A stretch of DNA of 61,944 nt from a virus (Duplodnaviria > Caudoviricetes), in the IMG/VR virus record IMGVR_UViG_3300020172_002942, positions 1 through 61,944 of that record. One strand, 5' to 3'. Below, in pieces: positions 36,501 through 45,914 of the stretch (its first letter is position 1; every line of letters starts with the position of its first letter). Below the pieces are notes generated by a model. The model searched no databases and had not been told where the DNA came from. It saw only the letters and a list, made by a program, of their open reading frames with translations. The translations under genes were made by a program, and so were the position numbers.

Positions 36501-39500
36501 AACAAAAGAACAATCTATCAACAACTTGATAAAGATGTTTGTTCCAGATGATCCAAATTATGAAATGAATGATTGGGATAAAGATGTTATAAATAGAATA
36601 AAAAATAATCCTGTTAAATTTATAGACGAATTAATAGATTACAATAAAAGAGAGATTGAAGCAAATCCAAAAGGGCAAAATACTGATATTAATATTGAAA
36701 ATATAAAAAGATTTGAAGATATAAAGCAAAACTACCTTAATACAGAAAAGGCTGAAGGTAAAGGTCAACAAGCAGCTCCAATTGCTGAAATTCCTGTTGT
36801 TGAAGAAGTGAATCAACCAATGGCTGAAACAGAAGTTGAAACGCCAGTATTAGAAACTGAAAACAAAGGTAAAATTAATGAAGAAGATATAAATCAAGGA
36901 GAAGTTGTAGAAGGTGCTCCTAAAAGAGTATCTGGGGTATCTCATGATGCTTTAGAAAATATTGCAGAAAGATTAGGATTGCCAAAGATAGAAAGAGGAA
37001 CTGTATTAAAGCCAGAGGAATATGCTGCAAGAGGTAGAAAACTTGTAGATGGCGGGATAGATCCAGAATCTGTAAGAGGAAATGTAAACAACCCTACTCC
37101 TGATGAAATTTCGATAGCAAGAGCTCATTTAATTGATTTAGATAATAATCTTGATGCAGTAGGAAAAGAATTTGGAATTGATAGTCAGGAATATAAAGAT
37201 GCTAAAGCTAAAGTAGATGATTGGGCTAGAAATGTAGTTAAAATACAAAATACAACATTTGCTGAAAGAGGTACTGCTATGCAAGGTGTTACAGATTTAG
37301 ATACTGGTTCATTTTCATCTGTTTCAAGAAAGTTAGAAGATAATTTAGGGAGGCCTTTGACTCCAAAAGAACAAGAAGCTGTACAAAAAAAGGCTGAACA
37401 AAATAGAGCTTCAGAACAAGCTCAAAAAAATGCTGAATCTAATTTAATATCAGAAACTGATAAAGAATTAGGTGAGGGATCAACGCCAACTGAAGGCCCT
37501 AAATTATATAAAGAAAAAGCTAAAGTTGTTGCTGATAAATTTAGAAAGTTAAAAACAAAAGAATTTACTTTTAAAGATGAAAATGGCAATGATATACCTA
37601 TTCATAAAATGGGGGCAAGCTGGAATGAAATGATTGAAATAGGTGCAAAAGCAATCGAAGCAACTGGAGAGATTGCAGATGGAGTGAAAGCAATTGTGGA
37701 TCAAGTAAAAGATAAGGATTGGTATAAAAATTTATCTAAAAGAGATAAAGCTAATTTTGAAGATCAATTAGCTAGTCAGTTACAAGAACCTATTGTGGAA
37801 ACACCTGAATCAAAAAACATTGCACGACTTGAAAAACAATTAGATGATTTACAAAATGGTAAATATAAAGAAAAAGCTACTCCAAGAGAATTATCAGATA
37901 GAGAAAAAGAATTAAAAGCTCAAATAAAAGCAGAAAAAGAAAAACTTGGCTTAATTAGCAATAAAAGTAAAACACCATTAACTGAAGAAGAAGAGTTAAG
38001 TAATCTTCAAGCACAATTTGTAGATAAAAAAGGTAATAAATTTACTCCTGATGAAGCTAAATCTATTTGGAAATATATTAAGAAAAATTATATAGATAAA
38101 GGTGTTGAGTATAATGAATCATTAAGAAGAGCATCGGAAGATTTAGGAATGAATTACGAGCAAGTAGCTAATGCAGTTGTTACTCCTAAAACAAAAAAAA
38201 TGTCTAATGAATATTATGCAAAAAGAGGAATTGCAAATAAAAATAGACAAGCTACTAAACAATGGGTTGAAGAAAAAAATCAATCTAACAGTGTTAAAAT
38301 TTTTAGAAAAATATGGAATTTCCCTAAAGCATTAATGACTTTTGGGCATGGTCACGTATTTATTGGAACTCATGGTGCTACAAATTTAGCAGATCCTAAA
38401 TATGTTTTAAAAACTGTAAAGGGAATGGTTAATGCATATAAATATGCATATGGTAATAAAGGTAATTATGAAAGAGATATGGAGGCTTTAAAAAACCATC
38501 CACTTTATCGTGTAGCTAGAGAGGCGGGGTTAGCAAATGATCCAGATGTATTTCATTTTGATGATGCAGATAATTACAAGAGTTTTGTAAAAAAAGTTGG
38601 TCAAACTGGAGAAAGAGGGTTTAATGCTATTAAAGTTTTAAGACAGCAAATATTTAATAATGAATATGAAGGGTTAACTGAGTCAGAAAAACAAAATCCT
38701 GAAGTAGTAAAAAGAATAGCTGGATTAGTTAATAACTGGACAGGGGCTACAAATGTAAATTTACCAAACGTAGTAAAGGATCTTGGATTTTCTTCTAATA
38801 TGGAAGCTTCTAGATGGGAAAGACTTGGTTCTGGGCCAAAAGCACTTGGTTATGCATTAAAAGGATTGACGGGGAATGGAACTCCTGACCAGAAGGCATT
38901 TGCAAAAGTATGGTTTAAAAGAGCTGGTAGGCAAGTAGCTACTTATGGAAGTTTATTAGCAGCTAATGCTGTTGTTCAACATTATAAAAATCCAGATAGA
39001 GAAGTTAATTTTACAGATCCAACAAAATCAGATTTTTTATTGCCTAAATTTGGCAAGCATGATATAACACTTGATTTAAGTGGTGGTATGTTATCAGCAC
39101 TTGGTTTGATGTCTAGATTAACTAAATATGCTACCATAGATGAGAAAAAATTACCTAGAGGTAAAACAAGAGGAGAAGCTCAATGGGAATCAGTTGGTGG
39201 TTATTTAAGAGGTAAATTAAACCCTGCAGCAGCTATTGCCGTAGAAGCTGCTACTGGTAAAGATTTTAGTGGAAATGCCGTTCCTTGGTCAAATGATAAA
39301 CTTAAAGGGGAACAAAGAAAATTAGGATGGGGAGAATATATGGCAGGCCATACACTTATGCTACCATTAGCAGAAGGTTTCCATGTTATGCAAAAATCAG
39401 CTAAAGACAATGGCTTATCTCCATTTGATTTTGAAAATTTAATGAAGGGATTAGAAGTTGCTGCTATTTCTGGTGCTACGGGTATTAAAACAAAAGAAGT

Positions 39501-39975
39501 AAAAGATGATGTGGAAGAACCAGCAGAATTAGAAAAAGTATTAAATTATAGACAAAAAGGACGCCCAATTACGCCAGAAGAACGTAAAATTTATGAATCT
39601 AGATCTGAACAAATTTATAATATTTTACTTAAACAAAATGAGGAGGAAGGTGTGCCTATGACTAGTGATGATAATAAATATATAATTAAAGCTACTAAAA
39701 AAGGATTAACTGATAAAAATGGTAATATTTTGCCAGTTCTTACTAAAGAAGAAAAATATAAAGAATTAAATAGATTGAAAGAAGAAGCAGCAAACTATGC
39801 TAGAAAAGAATTATTTGGTATAGAAAAACCAACTGTACGTAAAATAGTTTCTCAAACTAAATTAGAGCAAGAAAGATTAAGAAGAAGAAGGTTGTTAAAG
39901 CTTAATATACCTAAATTAGAAGAGGAATATGAAGACCCTGATTTTTTAAATAATGAAGAAGAAGAAAATCCATAA
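33595..39975 (+). CDS. Large (2126 aa) internal virion / ejection protein
   Basis: Size, position, Gly/Ala membrane-like segments, C-terminal KL.P....E..TGKDF.G pattern; no DFDxD RNAP motif seen. Confidence 0.65.
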   Translation: MANQARYSFDELPDYIKNAPAFKNPVVEVPVVKETVIEQPIITEPVKEIAKSNNSLYGFLKDRNLTDLNETDFLKAYSTKEGAKEIHDYMSMSKDDDGNRLTTLNYNDFYNQFLNPYNNGLKKKDFITTGLGSENLSQDLGNIEDLGSIEDLGDGGPGKKKKKTTEVNLTSNGKPLTGELKAKVLTYMRNSGQNVVDGMDINPKVLDKANSAYVFMNGRVFGREGWGSNSGKNIFSGNSVINPGKQLRTPVSITKNPGEDDEAFGFRKYFAEKAALDKQTQEDQQMQQSLSELNKKSSNHGFVQLDQNDPYYPGYINSLTGGREGATVVAGAINKADFQNYKAGVIAEETKKAAIQNTLNRKAFIPSGPNHTRASDSTMLADGINSGQYVVTQDNSGYPILGLPDYDLFNSYDNSYNQLFEKEADEKYLKTLSDEDKYKYKENQAYQNSISTHMPQVPSGFKGNLGSFLAGFQRTVEKPIIYGIGAASGAGLVGEAAVGAAAVPELVQNARSFGNAVGWMQQTADNSFGPTWDRTYYGQLANIPNPTEAQKLAASKMATNAANNAQIVGMGEGFLLSVPFGKLTPGLENAAKSYDKAIQTVRKAAPRTENSLLNKVAEVGKNAKTTIPQMYGASFAGELGKGEIAAAYGSGESQADIFGGAHEMGVENAKTAGMFTGLHITQAIVPHALGVLMTGNKNVPASIITNRAYEVASQLPAQNLKEIFAKAEQDGIMKPGEGEQILNNIEQYRKAKSLVPKNVTNPEAAISMAGFIQKIEGLKEKLKTAPTEQIRKDQEAEIAEYEKKINGIYYGDDPLLHETDKLNNPLVQTAGLSGQDFRNMLKGVTNLGSKAYGKVKEFITGKSGEEAPQSKEQVVDRLLKEFDPNFTDPNYEHPENDKIFIQNIKDYPIEIMDRMIESSKNNNNIDNVKKFEKLKEDFLNAVKAEDQAQIQGEGQQGFNPAQQDIQRPETKEQSINNLIKMFVPDDPNYEMNDWDKDVINRIKNNPVKFIDELIDYNKREIEANPKGQNTDINIENIKRFEDIKQNYLNTEKAEGKGQQAAPIAEIPVVEEVNQPMAETEVETPVLETENKGKINEEDINQGEVVEGAPKRVSGVSHDALENIAERLGLPKIERGTVLKPEEYAARGRKLVDGGIDPESVRGNVNNPTPDEISIARAHLIDLDNNLDAVGKEFGIDSQEYKDAKAKVDDWARNVVKIQNTTFAERGTAMQGVTDLDTGSFSSVSRKLEDNLGRPLTPKEQEAVQKKAEQNRASEQAQKNAESNLISETDKELGEGSTPTEGPKLYKEKAKVVADKFRKLKTKEFTFKDENGNDIPIHKMGASWNEMIEIGAKAIEATGEIADGVKAIVDQVKDKDWYKNLSKRDKANFEDQLASQLQEPIVETPESKNIARLEKQLDDLQNGKYKEKATPRELSDREKELKAQIKAEKEKLGLISNKSKTPLTEEEELSNLQAQFVDKKGNKFTPDEAKSIWKYIKKNYIDKGVEYNESLRRASEDLGMNYEQVANAVVTPKTKKMSNEYYAKRGIANKNRQATKQWVEEKNQSNSVKIFRKIWNFPKALMTFGHGHVFIGTHGATNLADPKYVLKTVKGMVNAYKYAYGNKGNYERDMEALKNHPLYRVAREAGLANDPDVFHFDDADNYKSFVKKVGQTGERGFNAIKVLRQQIFNNEYEGLTESEKQNPEVVKRIAGLVNNWTGATNVNLPNVVKDLGFSSNMEASRWERLGSGPKALGYALKGLTGNGTPDQKAFAKVWFKRAGRQVATYGSLLAANAVVQHYKNPDREVNFTDPTKSDFLLPKFGKHDITLDLSGGMLSALGLMSRLTKYATIDEKKLPRGKTRGEAQWESVGGYLRGKLNPAAAIAVEAATGKDFSGNAVPWSNDKLKGEQRKLGWGEYMAGHTLMLPLAEGFHVMQKSAKDNGLSPFDFENLMKGLEVAAISGATGIKTKEVKDDVEEPAELEKVLNYRQKGRPITPEERKIYESRSEQIYNILLKQNEEEGVPMTSDDNKYIIKATKKGLTDKNGNILPVLTKEEKYKELNRLKEEAANYARKELFGIEKPTVRKIVSQTKLEQERLRRRRLLKLNIPKLEEEYEDPDFLNNEEEENP

Positions 39976-39986
39976 AATCCATAAAA

Positions 39987-40151
39987 ATGCCATATAAAAG
40001 CGCAGCCCAAGAGGCTTACTTTAATATCCACAAAAAAGAGCTCGAAAAGAAGGGTGTAAACGTAGATGAATGGAATAAAGCTAGTAGGGGGATGGCTTTG
40101 CCTGCCAAAGTCAGCAAAGTCAAGTCTATGAAGAAAAATAAAATGGGTTAA
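39987..40151 (+). CDS. 54-aa basic protein (MPYKSAAQEAYF...LPAKV), not in the ORF track
   Basis: MP(F/Y)KS.AQ...EW......LP.KV is a widespread small phage protein pattern. Confidence 0.8.
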   Translation: MPYKSAAQEAYFNIHKKELEKKGVNVDEWNKASRGMALPAKVSKVKSMKKNKMG

Positions 40152-40168
40152 TATAGCTATTTTTTTCT

Positions 40169-40176
40169 TATATTTG
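40169..40176 (+). promoter_or_regulatory. -7 promoter TATATTTG for the fibre operon
   Basis: Consensus match. Confidence 0.7.
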
Positions 40177-40192
40177 GGTAAAATTTACCAAA

Positions 40193-40711
40193 ATGCCTCT
40201 TACTCCAAATTTTACGGCTAGTCAGGTTAGTGGCAGCCCTTCTATTATAACATTAACAGACACATCAACTGGGTCTGATGTTACTATTACCAAGCGTAGA
40301 ATTTTTCTATTGCAAGCCAATGGTACTCTTTTAGTACCTAATGGTACTACTACTACATATATTGATTGGCCTTTAGCCGCTACTAGTATTAGTTTAAATG
40401 TATTAACTCAAGATAGTGCATTAAGTGTTACTGTGCAATGGTTAACTTCTGCAAATACAGTAGTTACATCATTAACTCAATCATTTGCATTTACTGCATA
40501 CAATGAAACATTTTATTATGGTTTATCACAAAGTCTAGTTGGCAATTCTAATCTTGCGGCAAGTACAGATTGGTTTGGATGGATGATGGATTTAAGAGTT
40601 CAATTAGATAGTGCAACGCAAGCGATTGCATTTGCTTCAGACATATATACAGCACAAGCTGCATTGAACAGAGCAACATTTATATCTACTAACTCAGCTT
40701 ATTTCTTCTAA
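40193..40711 (+). CDS. Structural protein with PKD/Ig-like N-terminus
   Basis: PNFTAS...G.P..I.LTD.STG pattern. Confidence 0.55.
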   Translation: MPLTPNFTASQVSGSPSIITLTDTSTGSDVTITKRRIFLLQANGTLLVPNGTTTTYIDWPLAATSISLNVLTQDSALSVTVQWLTSANTVVTSLTQSFAFTAYNETFYYGLSQSLVGNSNLAASTDWFGWMMDLRVQLDSATQAIAFASDIYTAQAALNRATFISTNSAYFF

Positions 40712-40712
40712 A

Positions 40713-41243
40713 ATGACACCTCAAGAAACAGTATCTTTAGCAAAGATTTCACAATACCTTTGGAATGAAAAAATTCCAAAAGAACAATATTTTTTTAATG
40801 GTACAATTGACCCTAGAAAAGCTAGACAATTGTATATGATTAGAACTGCATTACAATATGGTATTGCTCAAAATTTATTAGGGCAAGCTGGTATGTCAAA
40901 TTACCTTTATGCTTTATGTGGTGCTGAATTACAAAGAGCAAAACAAATATTAGGTACAGGGCAAGGTGGAGGTTCAGTTATTCCTGGTGGTGGCGGTAAT
41001 TTTAGTGTATATGAATATACAACTAATGCCACAACGGGATCTGCAACAGTTTACTTCCCATTAGCTGTTGGTAAAAGATTAGTTAATGCTTTCAGACAAG
41101 GTAATAACATTGGAACAATATTGACAGCAGGAACCCCAACAGGTAATCAAGTAACATGGGATTCAGCATCAGGTTCTTTAACGGTTGCAAGTACTGTTGC
41201 ATTTTATGATCAAGAGTTTGTAAGGGTAGTAGTTCAACAATAA
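40713..41243 (+). CDS. Putative fibre-attachment structural protein
   Basis: Position upstream of the fibre; Gly linker plus beta domain. Confidence 0.5.
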   Translation: MTPQETVSLAKISQYLWNEKIPKEQYFFNGTIDPRKARQLYMIRTALQYGIAQNLLGQAGMSNYLYALCGAELQRAKQILGTGQGGGSVIPGGGGNFSVYEYTTNATTGSATVYFPLAVGKRLVNAFRQGNNIGTILTAGTPTGNQVTWDSASGSLTVASTVAFYDQEFVRVVVQQ

Positions 41244-41255
41244 AAATATTAACTA

Positions 41256-44200
41256 GTGGCGATACAGAATTTAATCAGCGGTGATTTAAAATTAAGAAAT
41301 GAGAATGGTATTCTTGTTGCCGTAAATGGTATTGTAAACGCTGATACTAGTGGAACTATAGGAACATCTGGTTCTTCAGGTACTAGCGGCACTTCTGGAA
41401 CTAGAGGCACTTCTGGTACATCGGGTTCAACGGGTACAAGTGGGTCTAGTGGAACAACGGGAACATCTGGTAGCTCTGGTAGTTCTGGTAGCTCTAGCAC
41501 TTCTGGTACATCGGGAACTACAGGTACTAGCGGTACAAGTGGATCATCTGGTTCTTCAGCAACAGCTGGAACATCGGGAACATCGGGAAGCTCTGGTAGT
41601 TCAAGTACTTCAGGAACTAGTGGTACTTCAGCAACCTCTGGTACATCTGCTACAGATGGTACAGGTGGAACTTCGGGAACAAGCGGTACATCGGCAACTT
41701 CTGGTACTAGTGGTACTTCAGGAAGCTCTGGTACCGATGGTACTTCAGCAACTAGTGGTACTGATGGTACAGGTGGTACAAGCGGTACTTCTGGTACTTC
41801 AGCAACAAGCGGTACAAGCGGTACGACTGGCACTTCTGGTTCTTCAGGGACTAGTGGGAGCAGTGGTACAAGCGGTACTACAGGAACTAGTGGTACAAGT
41901 GCGACAGATGGGACAGGTGGAACTTCTGGTACTAGTGGTACAGATGGCACTTCTGGTACTAGTGGTACAGATGGAACTTCGGGTACAACAGGTACATCGG
42001 GCACCTCTGCGACAAGCGGTAGTTCAGGTACTAGTGGAACAGATGGTACAGGCGGAACAAGCGGTACGGGTGGTACAAGCGGATCTTCAGGGACTGATGG
42101 CACAAGTGGAACTTCTGGAACTTCTGGAACTTCTGGAACTTCTGGAACAACAGGTACTTCAGGTACTTCAGGTAGCAGTAGCACATCGGGTACATCGGGT
42201 ACATCAGGAGTAAATGGCGTATCAAATAACTTATTCTTATATCAAGCACACACAACATCTCAATCAGGTTATCCTGGTAATGGCCATATTCTTTGGGATA
42301 ATGCTACACAAATTAATTCTACATCAATAAACATTAGCCATTTGACTGATAATGGTATTGATGTTGATATTTTCTTGGCATTACTTCAAGATTTACAACA
42401 AATAACTATTCAGGATCAAAATAATTCTGCTAATCGTCAGATTTGGGATATTAATGGAACGCCAACTTTGGTACCAGGAACAAATAATTATTGGATAGTA
42501 CCTGTTACATTAATATCATCGGCTGGTACAGGTACAACAAATTTTGCTAATAATCATCCTTTATTTTTAGCTATTGTTTCTCAATCAGGTACTAGTGGTA
42601 CTAGTGGCCTTAATGGTACGTCTGGTACGTCTGGTACGTCTGGTACGTCTGCAACAAGTGGTACAACGGGTACTTCAGGTACTTCAGCTACATCTGGTAC
42701 AAGCGGTACAAGCGGATTTTCTGGTACAAGCGGAACTTCTGGTACAAGCGGTACAGATGGGACAGGAGGAACATCAGGAACATCTGCTACATCAGGAACC
42801 ACAGGTACATCTGGAACTACAGGTACAAGTGGAAGCTCTGGGACAAGTGGTGGAACTGGTAGTGCAGGCACTTCTGGTTCTTCAGGAACTAGTGGAAGCA
42901 GTGGGACAAATGGTTCTTCAGGAACTACAGGAACTTCTGGTTCTAGTGGAACTTCTGGTTCTTCAGGGACTAGTGGAACCACAGGAACAAGTGGTACTTC
43001 TGGTACTAGCGGTACATCAGGTACTAGTGGTGGAACTGGTTCTTCAGGAGCATCAGGTACGTCAGGTACTTCAGGTACTTCAGGAGCAGCTGGGGGATCT
43101 GGTTCATCTGGAACTTCTGGTGTAAATGGTACAAGTGGAACAAGTGGTGTATCTCCATCTGTATCAGGGTATTTACCACTAAGTGGTGGTACAATGACAG
43201 GAGATATAACTTATGTCAATTTAAGAAGTAGTGTAGATTCTTCATATGGTTTTATTGGAAGAAATGTTTATGCTGATACTATAAATGGTATTGGAGCAGA
43301 TCCACTAGAATTAAATTATTATAGTGGAGGTTCTGTAATTATAGGTACTGGTACAGGAAGTAAAGCATTATATGCTGGTTCATTATTTTCTGCTAATAGT
43401 GCTGTATTAACTGTTGCTAACTATACATCATATGCAGTTCAAACAACAAGTCAATCAAACTGGAACTCTTATAGTGTAATAAACAATGTTGTAGGAATGT
43501 TAGCATGGAAAAACTATGGTAATAGTCACGTTATATTTGATGCTTCTCAAGGTACTTCTCCAAGTGGTGGTGGTGTAAGTCAAACTAATGCAACATATGC
43601 ATGGAGTGCTTCTTATCCTACATTAATGGGATGGAATGGTAGTGCTACATATGGGGTAAGAGTTGATTCTGCTAGGGTTGCCGATAGTGCTGGTTCTGCA
43701 TCTACTGCAACTTATGCTACTAATAGTACTCGTTTATATGCATCAGATAACCCTTATTGTTATGGATGTGCTGCACCATATTATATGTATATGACATATG
43801 ATGGAACAAGATGGTTATTGCAAGTTTCTCCAGCTACACCATCTGCTGTAAGAGTTTCTTATGCTGATAGTGCAGGAGGGTTAGTAGCTGATGCTACTGG
43901 TACTAATATCTATAACAATGGATGGTTTAGAAATAATAATTCTAATCAAGGATTGTATAATCAGGTTACAACAATGCATTGGTCATCTAATAGTAATGGT
44001 AATTGGGATGCATCTTCTACTACTAGTACTACTGCTATTAGATTTTATACAGGAGGTCATGTATTATCACTTAGAGGTTATGTTTATGCAGACAGTAGCA
44101 ATAACATTGGTTTTTTAGATAATGGTGGAAACTGGTCTTTTAGAACTAATGGTAATAATGTTTATGCATATGCTTATAGGGGTAGTGGAAACGTAGCTGG

Positions 44201-44966
44201 AACAGGAGAAGCTACATATCATCCAGCTGGTATATATAGTACAGGAAATAACTGGTTATATGGTACTATATATATGAATTACAATTCTATTAATGATGTT
44301 AGTAATTTGTATAGTGGAGCATATTATGCAACAAACTGGTTTAGAGCACAAGGAGATTGTGGATTATACACACAAGATTATGGTGGGCATTTTAGAAGAA
44401 GTGCTTCATCAAATTATGGTACTTGGGAAGTTTTTGGTTATGCTAAAGGTAATTATAATGGTATAAATATTATAGATAATTCAGGCTACTGGAATAATCA
44501 TATGTTTAATAGCGGTAATGGTGGAGTGTATCAGGAAAATGGACATGGTTGGTTATGGTATTATCATCTTGGTAATAACTGTTTTGGTGTTACAACTTCA
44601 ACTACATCAAGTTCATATAGAATGTATGTAGCTGGAGCAATATATGCAGAAAGTGATATTTGTGCTTATTCAGATGTGCGTAAGAAAGAAAACATTGTAA
44701 CAGTAGAAAATGCTCTTGAAAAGGTTTTGAAACTTCGTGGTGTTAACTACAACAGGATTGATGATGAAACTAAGACACGTAAGATTGGGGTAATTGCACA
44801 AGAAACAGAACCAATACTTCCAGAGGTAGTAACATATGCAGCAGATGTAGATGAATATAGTGTAATGTATGGAAACATGTCTGGATTGTTTATTGAGGCT
44901 TTTAAAGAGCAGCAAACTGAAATAAAGCAACTTAAACAATTAGTTAACCAATTATTAAGTAAGTAA
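41256..44966 (+). CDS. Tail fibre with Gly-Thr-Ser repeats and C-terminal peptidase S74 intramolecular chaperone (GTG start)
   Basis: (GTS)n blocks, YLPLSGGTMTG, NGWFR/NWFR repeats, YSD.RKKENI...AL.KV..L.GV.Y...IGVIAQE....PEVV. Confidence 0.9.
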   Translation: MAIQNLISGDLKLRNENGILVAVNGIVNADTSGTIGTSGSSGTSGTSGTRGTSGTSGSTGTSGSSGTTGTSGSSGSSGSSSTSGTSGTTGTSGTSGSSGSSATAGTSGTSGSSGSSSTSGTSGTSATSGTSATDGTGGTSGTSGTSATSGTSGTSGSSGTDGTSATSGTDGTGGTSGTSGTSATSGTSGTTGTSGSSGTSGSSGTSGTTGTSGTSATDGTGGTSGTSGTDGTSGTSGTDGTSGTTGTSGTSATSGSSGTSGTDGTGGTSGTGGTSGSSGTDGTSGTSGTSGTSGTSGTTGTSGTSGSSSTSGTSGTSGVNGVSNNLFLYQAHTTSQSGYPGNGHILWDNATQINSTSINISHLTDNGIDVDIFLALLQDLQQITIQDQNNSANRQIWDINGTPTLVPGTNNYWIVPVTLISSAGTGTTNFANNHPLFLAIVSQSGTSGTSGLNGTSGTSGTSGTSATSGTTGTSGTSATSGTSGTSGFSGTSGTSGTSGTDGTGGTSGTSATSGTTGTSGTTGTSGSSGTSGGTGSAGTSGSSGTSGSSGTNGSSGTTGTSGSSGTSGSSGTSGTTGTSGTSGTSGTSGTSGGTGSSGASGTSGTSGTSGAAGGSGSSGTSGVNGTSGTSGVSPSVSGYLPLSGGTMTGDITYVNLRSSVDSSYGFIGRNVYADTINGIGADPLELNYYSGGSVIIGTGTGSKALYAGSLFSANSAVLTVANYTSYAVQTTSQSNWNSYSVINNVVGMLAWKNYGNSHVIFDASQGTSPSGGGVSQTNATYAWSASYPTLMGWNGSATYGVRVDSARVADSAGSASTATYATNSTRLYASDNPYCYGCAAPYYMYMTYDGTRWLLQVSPATPSAVRVSYADSAGGLVADATGTNIYNNGWFRNNNSNQGLYNQVTTMHWSSNSNGNWDASSTTSTTAIRFYTGGHVLSLRGYVYADSSNNIGFLDNGGNWSFRTNGNNVYAYAYRGSGNVAGTGEATYHPAGIYSTGNNWLYGTIYMNYNSINDVSNLYSGAYYATNWFRAQGDCGLYTQDYGGHFRRSASSNYGTWEVFGYAKGNYNGINIIDNSGYWNNHMFNSGNGGVYQENGHGWLWYYHLGNNCFGVTTSTTSSSYRMYVAGAIYAESDICAYSDVRKKENIVTVENALEKVLKLRGVNYNRIDDETKTRKIGVIAQETEPILPEVVTYAADVDEYSVMYGNMSGLFIEAFKEQQTEIKQLKQLVNQLLSK
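41346..43148 (+). repeat. Two low-complexity (Gly-Thr/Ser-Ser)n blocks, 41346-42209 and 42585-43148
   Basis: 9-bp periodicity with heavily varied synonymous codons. Confidence 0.95.
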
Positions 44967-44967
44967 T

Positions 44968-45267
44968 ATGTCAACTCCTAGTAGCGGTACCATATGTTGG
45001 AGCCAGATACAATCAGTATCAGGGGGAAGCTATTGCATGTCTAATTTTAATGCTGTGAGTGGAAGGGGGTATTGCGCAAGTAACTATTATAGTTATAGTC
45101 CACCTGCTACTTGTCTTGCTTATCAATGTTATGATTATGGATGGGTTGAATATATTGATTGTTATGGATATTACCAATACTATTATGTAAACCCTTATGA
45201 TAATTTTTGTGTAAATAATTTCTTAGGAGGCCCTGCTTATTGGACAGGTAGTTATTGTGAATTTTAA
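44968..45267 (+). CDS. Small Cys/Tyr-rich fibre-tip or adhesin-like protein
   Basis: M..PSSG.I....I N-terminus typical of genes following S74 fibres. Confidence 0.55.
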   Translation: MSTPSSGTICWSQIQSVSGGSYCMSNFNAVSGRGYCASNYYSYSPPATCLAYQCYDYGWVEYIDCYGYYQYYYVNPYDNFCVNNFLGGPAYWTGSYCEF

Positions 45268-45276
45268 ATAAAAAAA

Positions 45277-45513
45277 ATGATAAATTATTACAAATTTAAA
45301 GTTAGTTATTATAAAATAAATATGGACAATAAATATTTTGTTCAGATAAATGATGCAGTAGATGCAACATCTTTTGGTGTAATAACTAATGAAAGTGCTT
45401 TTAATAGTATAAATAATGCTATTGAAAAAAACATGGGTGATCAATGGGAGGTAATTTCGGAGGAAGATTTTACTATTGTAAAAGAAAAAGTATTAAGTAA
45501 ATTAAACAAATAA
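45277..45513 (+). CDS. Hypothetical protein
   Basis: ORF in the fibre operon. Confidence 0.6.
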   Translation: MINYYKFKVSYYKINMDNKYFVQINDAVDATSFGVITNESAFNSINNAIEKNMGDQWEVISEEDFTIVKEKVLSKLNK

Positions 45514-45516
45514 AAA

Positions 45517-45864
45517 ATGAAACAAATTCAACCAGTAATGGTATGGTCTAATGGCCAAGAGTTGGAAGCAAATGTCTTAAATGCTTATGTTGTAAGTGAT
45601 AACTTATTAAATGAAGCTGTTTTTTATTATGGCATAGGTACTATATATTATAGTATAAACCCATTATCAACACCATTGTCATTTGGCAGACTTACAATGA
45701 CAGGACAGGATTATTTAGATTGGCAAACTAATCAATATGCTTGGGATTGGGTAGCAGCACAGTTAAATTTGACAATTGTGGGAGATATTACCACAACTAC
45801 AACAAGTACAACAACAACTGAAGCTCCAGCTACTACTACTACTACTACTACATTGGTTCCATAA
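45517..45864 (+). CDS. Fibre-associated protein with C-terminal poly-Thr
   Basis: MK.IQPV..W.NG...DNL...A.F.Y...G.LTM.G.DY..W..N..A..WVA..LNLT pattern plus Thr tail. Confidence 0.65.
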   Translation: MKQIQPVMVWSNGQELEANVLNAYVVSDNLLNEAVFYYGIGTIYYSINPLSTPLSFGRLTMTGQDYLDWQTNQYAWDWVAAQLNLTIVGDITTTTTSTTTTEAPATTTTTTTLVP

Positions 45865-45914
45865 TTATTTGTTTAATAGTATTAATTAAATTAATTTTGT
45901 TAAAAATATAATAT

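Noticed and set aside
33595-39975. Virion RNA polymerase
   Set aside because: No DFDxD catalytic motif found by eye
41249-43125. Long alternative-frame and antisense ORFs (41249-42184, 41440-42213, 42574-43125, 42581-42982)
   Set aside because: Shadows of the GTS repeat, which lacks stop codons in other frames; the products are VPE/LV low-complexity strings
43150-45267. Diversity-generating retroelement target in the Asn/Tyr-rich fibre tip
   Set aside because: No reverse transcriptase and no template/variable repeat pair seen in the window
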